Both the position numbers and the translations under genes were made by a program. From the human T2T-CHM13v2.0 reference genome, Homo sapiens: a stretch of DNA of 64,000 nt. The stretch lies in assembly GCF_009914755.1 (NCBI RefSeq), contig NC_060944.1. One strand, written 5' to 3'. The notes under the pieces were generated by a model that was not told the DNA's origin, searched no databases, and worked only from the letters and a program-made list of their open reading frames with translations. Below are positions 62,024-64,000 of this stretch, in pieces; within the stretch, counting starts at the first letter, position 1, and every line of letters starts with the position of its first letter.

Positions 62024-62919
62024 CTTCTTCATGGACTCGTTATTTCTCATCCCCCACATAAAACAGCAGGCTACTTTTTGCTATGAAAAGAACAAACTCC
62101 AATTGGAAAAAGTAAAATGGGGACTCAGTGGTTCACTTTCCTCTTATAGGTGCTCCTGCATTTTACCAATTCCCCCTGCAATGTTACTTTCTCTTTCTGC
62201 TGATTCCAGGGGAATATGGCTGCTGAAAATGAGGAAATTTTTCACTAAAACAAACAGACCTTTCTTTAATTGGCTCTCATTTATAAAAGATTATGAAGAC
62301 TTGAATGCTTACTAAAGAAATCTGCAAACAGCACCTCCACATACTCTATTTGTATCCTCTCCTGGTTGTACTTGTTTCCCCCAAGGTCAGTCCTCTCTGC
62401 ACTACCATTCTCGCCACATTTAGCAGAGGGTCCTTCCTCCTGTGCAGTGAGGAAATCAAGGTGATGGGGGAATTGAGGTGGGGTCTCCCCCAGTATCCCC
62501 TTGCTGTCCCTCAGCCTCCTCCTTGGCACGTACAGAGTCATCTATATCCACATCCACCATTATCTCCTTCCCTCTAATCCCTGACCCCAATCAAGCTGAC
62601 ACTTCTGTGGCCAGTTCTGCGGTCAGTCCATTTGCCCGACATGGCCAGCTCCTTCTAGCTTCAACTGCCTGCCTACAACTCCCCAGAAAGAGAAAATTCC
62701 GTCTTCTCTCCACGGAAGTGGCCACACACTAAACCAGAGGTGAGCACTTGGCTCAAGGGAGCCAACCCATCAGCTGACTAGCAATCTTCAATCTGCTCAA
62801 TTCTGCCCAGGGGTAGAACTATACCAGATCATCTTGGCTAAGAATTTGAACTTAGACTCACACATACTCTGCCAATTGCTGTGATGAATGCTAGAATAAA
62901 GAAGCTAGATGTAGTGTGA

Positions 62920-63900
<981 letters not shown>

Positions 63901-64000
63901 AGAGGTACCTCAGTTTTATGAGAGCCCAGGTGTGATACGGCTTTGACATGCTATCTCACACTAAAATTATCTCACAGCACTTTAAGGGACAGCAAAAAAT

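Overview
Human (primate) genomic DNA, very rich in Alus. Most of the window is GPCPD1 (GDE5, glycerophosphocholine phosphodiesterase 1; CBM20 domain plus GDPD domain) on the minus strand. I traced 18 coding exons with GT-AG boundaries and matching phases. They total 1970 nt of CDS, from 59152 down to the stop at 8342, followed by a ~3.2 kb 3'UTR ending near 5115. The start-codon exon (49 nt by subtraction from the 672-aa protein I recall) and the promoter lie beyond position 64000; exon numbers assume the recalled 20-exon model. The last intron holds an EIF4E processed pseudogene fused to an Alu fragment inside a HAL1 element, and a near full-length Tigger1. An LTR8-family solo LTR lies downstream of the gene. 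Nearly all other ORFs in the track are Alu/TE artefacts. I see no evidence for a new multi-gene system. The most unusual structure is a ~310 bp piece of GPCPD1 intron 4 copied into intron 6 as part of a composite Alu insertion bracketed by one apparent target-site duplication. This suggests reverse-transcriptase template switching between the host pre-mRNA and an Alu RNA. Other leads are several candidate cassette or poison exons, a duplicated branch-point region, tandem poly(A) signals with UG/UGCAUG clusters, and a very young AluYc1-like insertion. Repeat boundaries are approximate and were read by eye.
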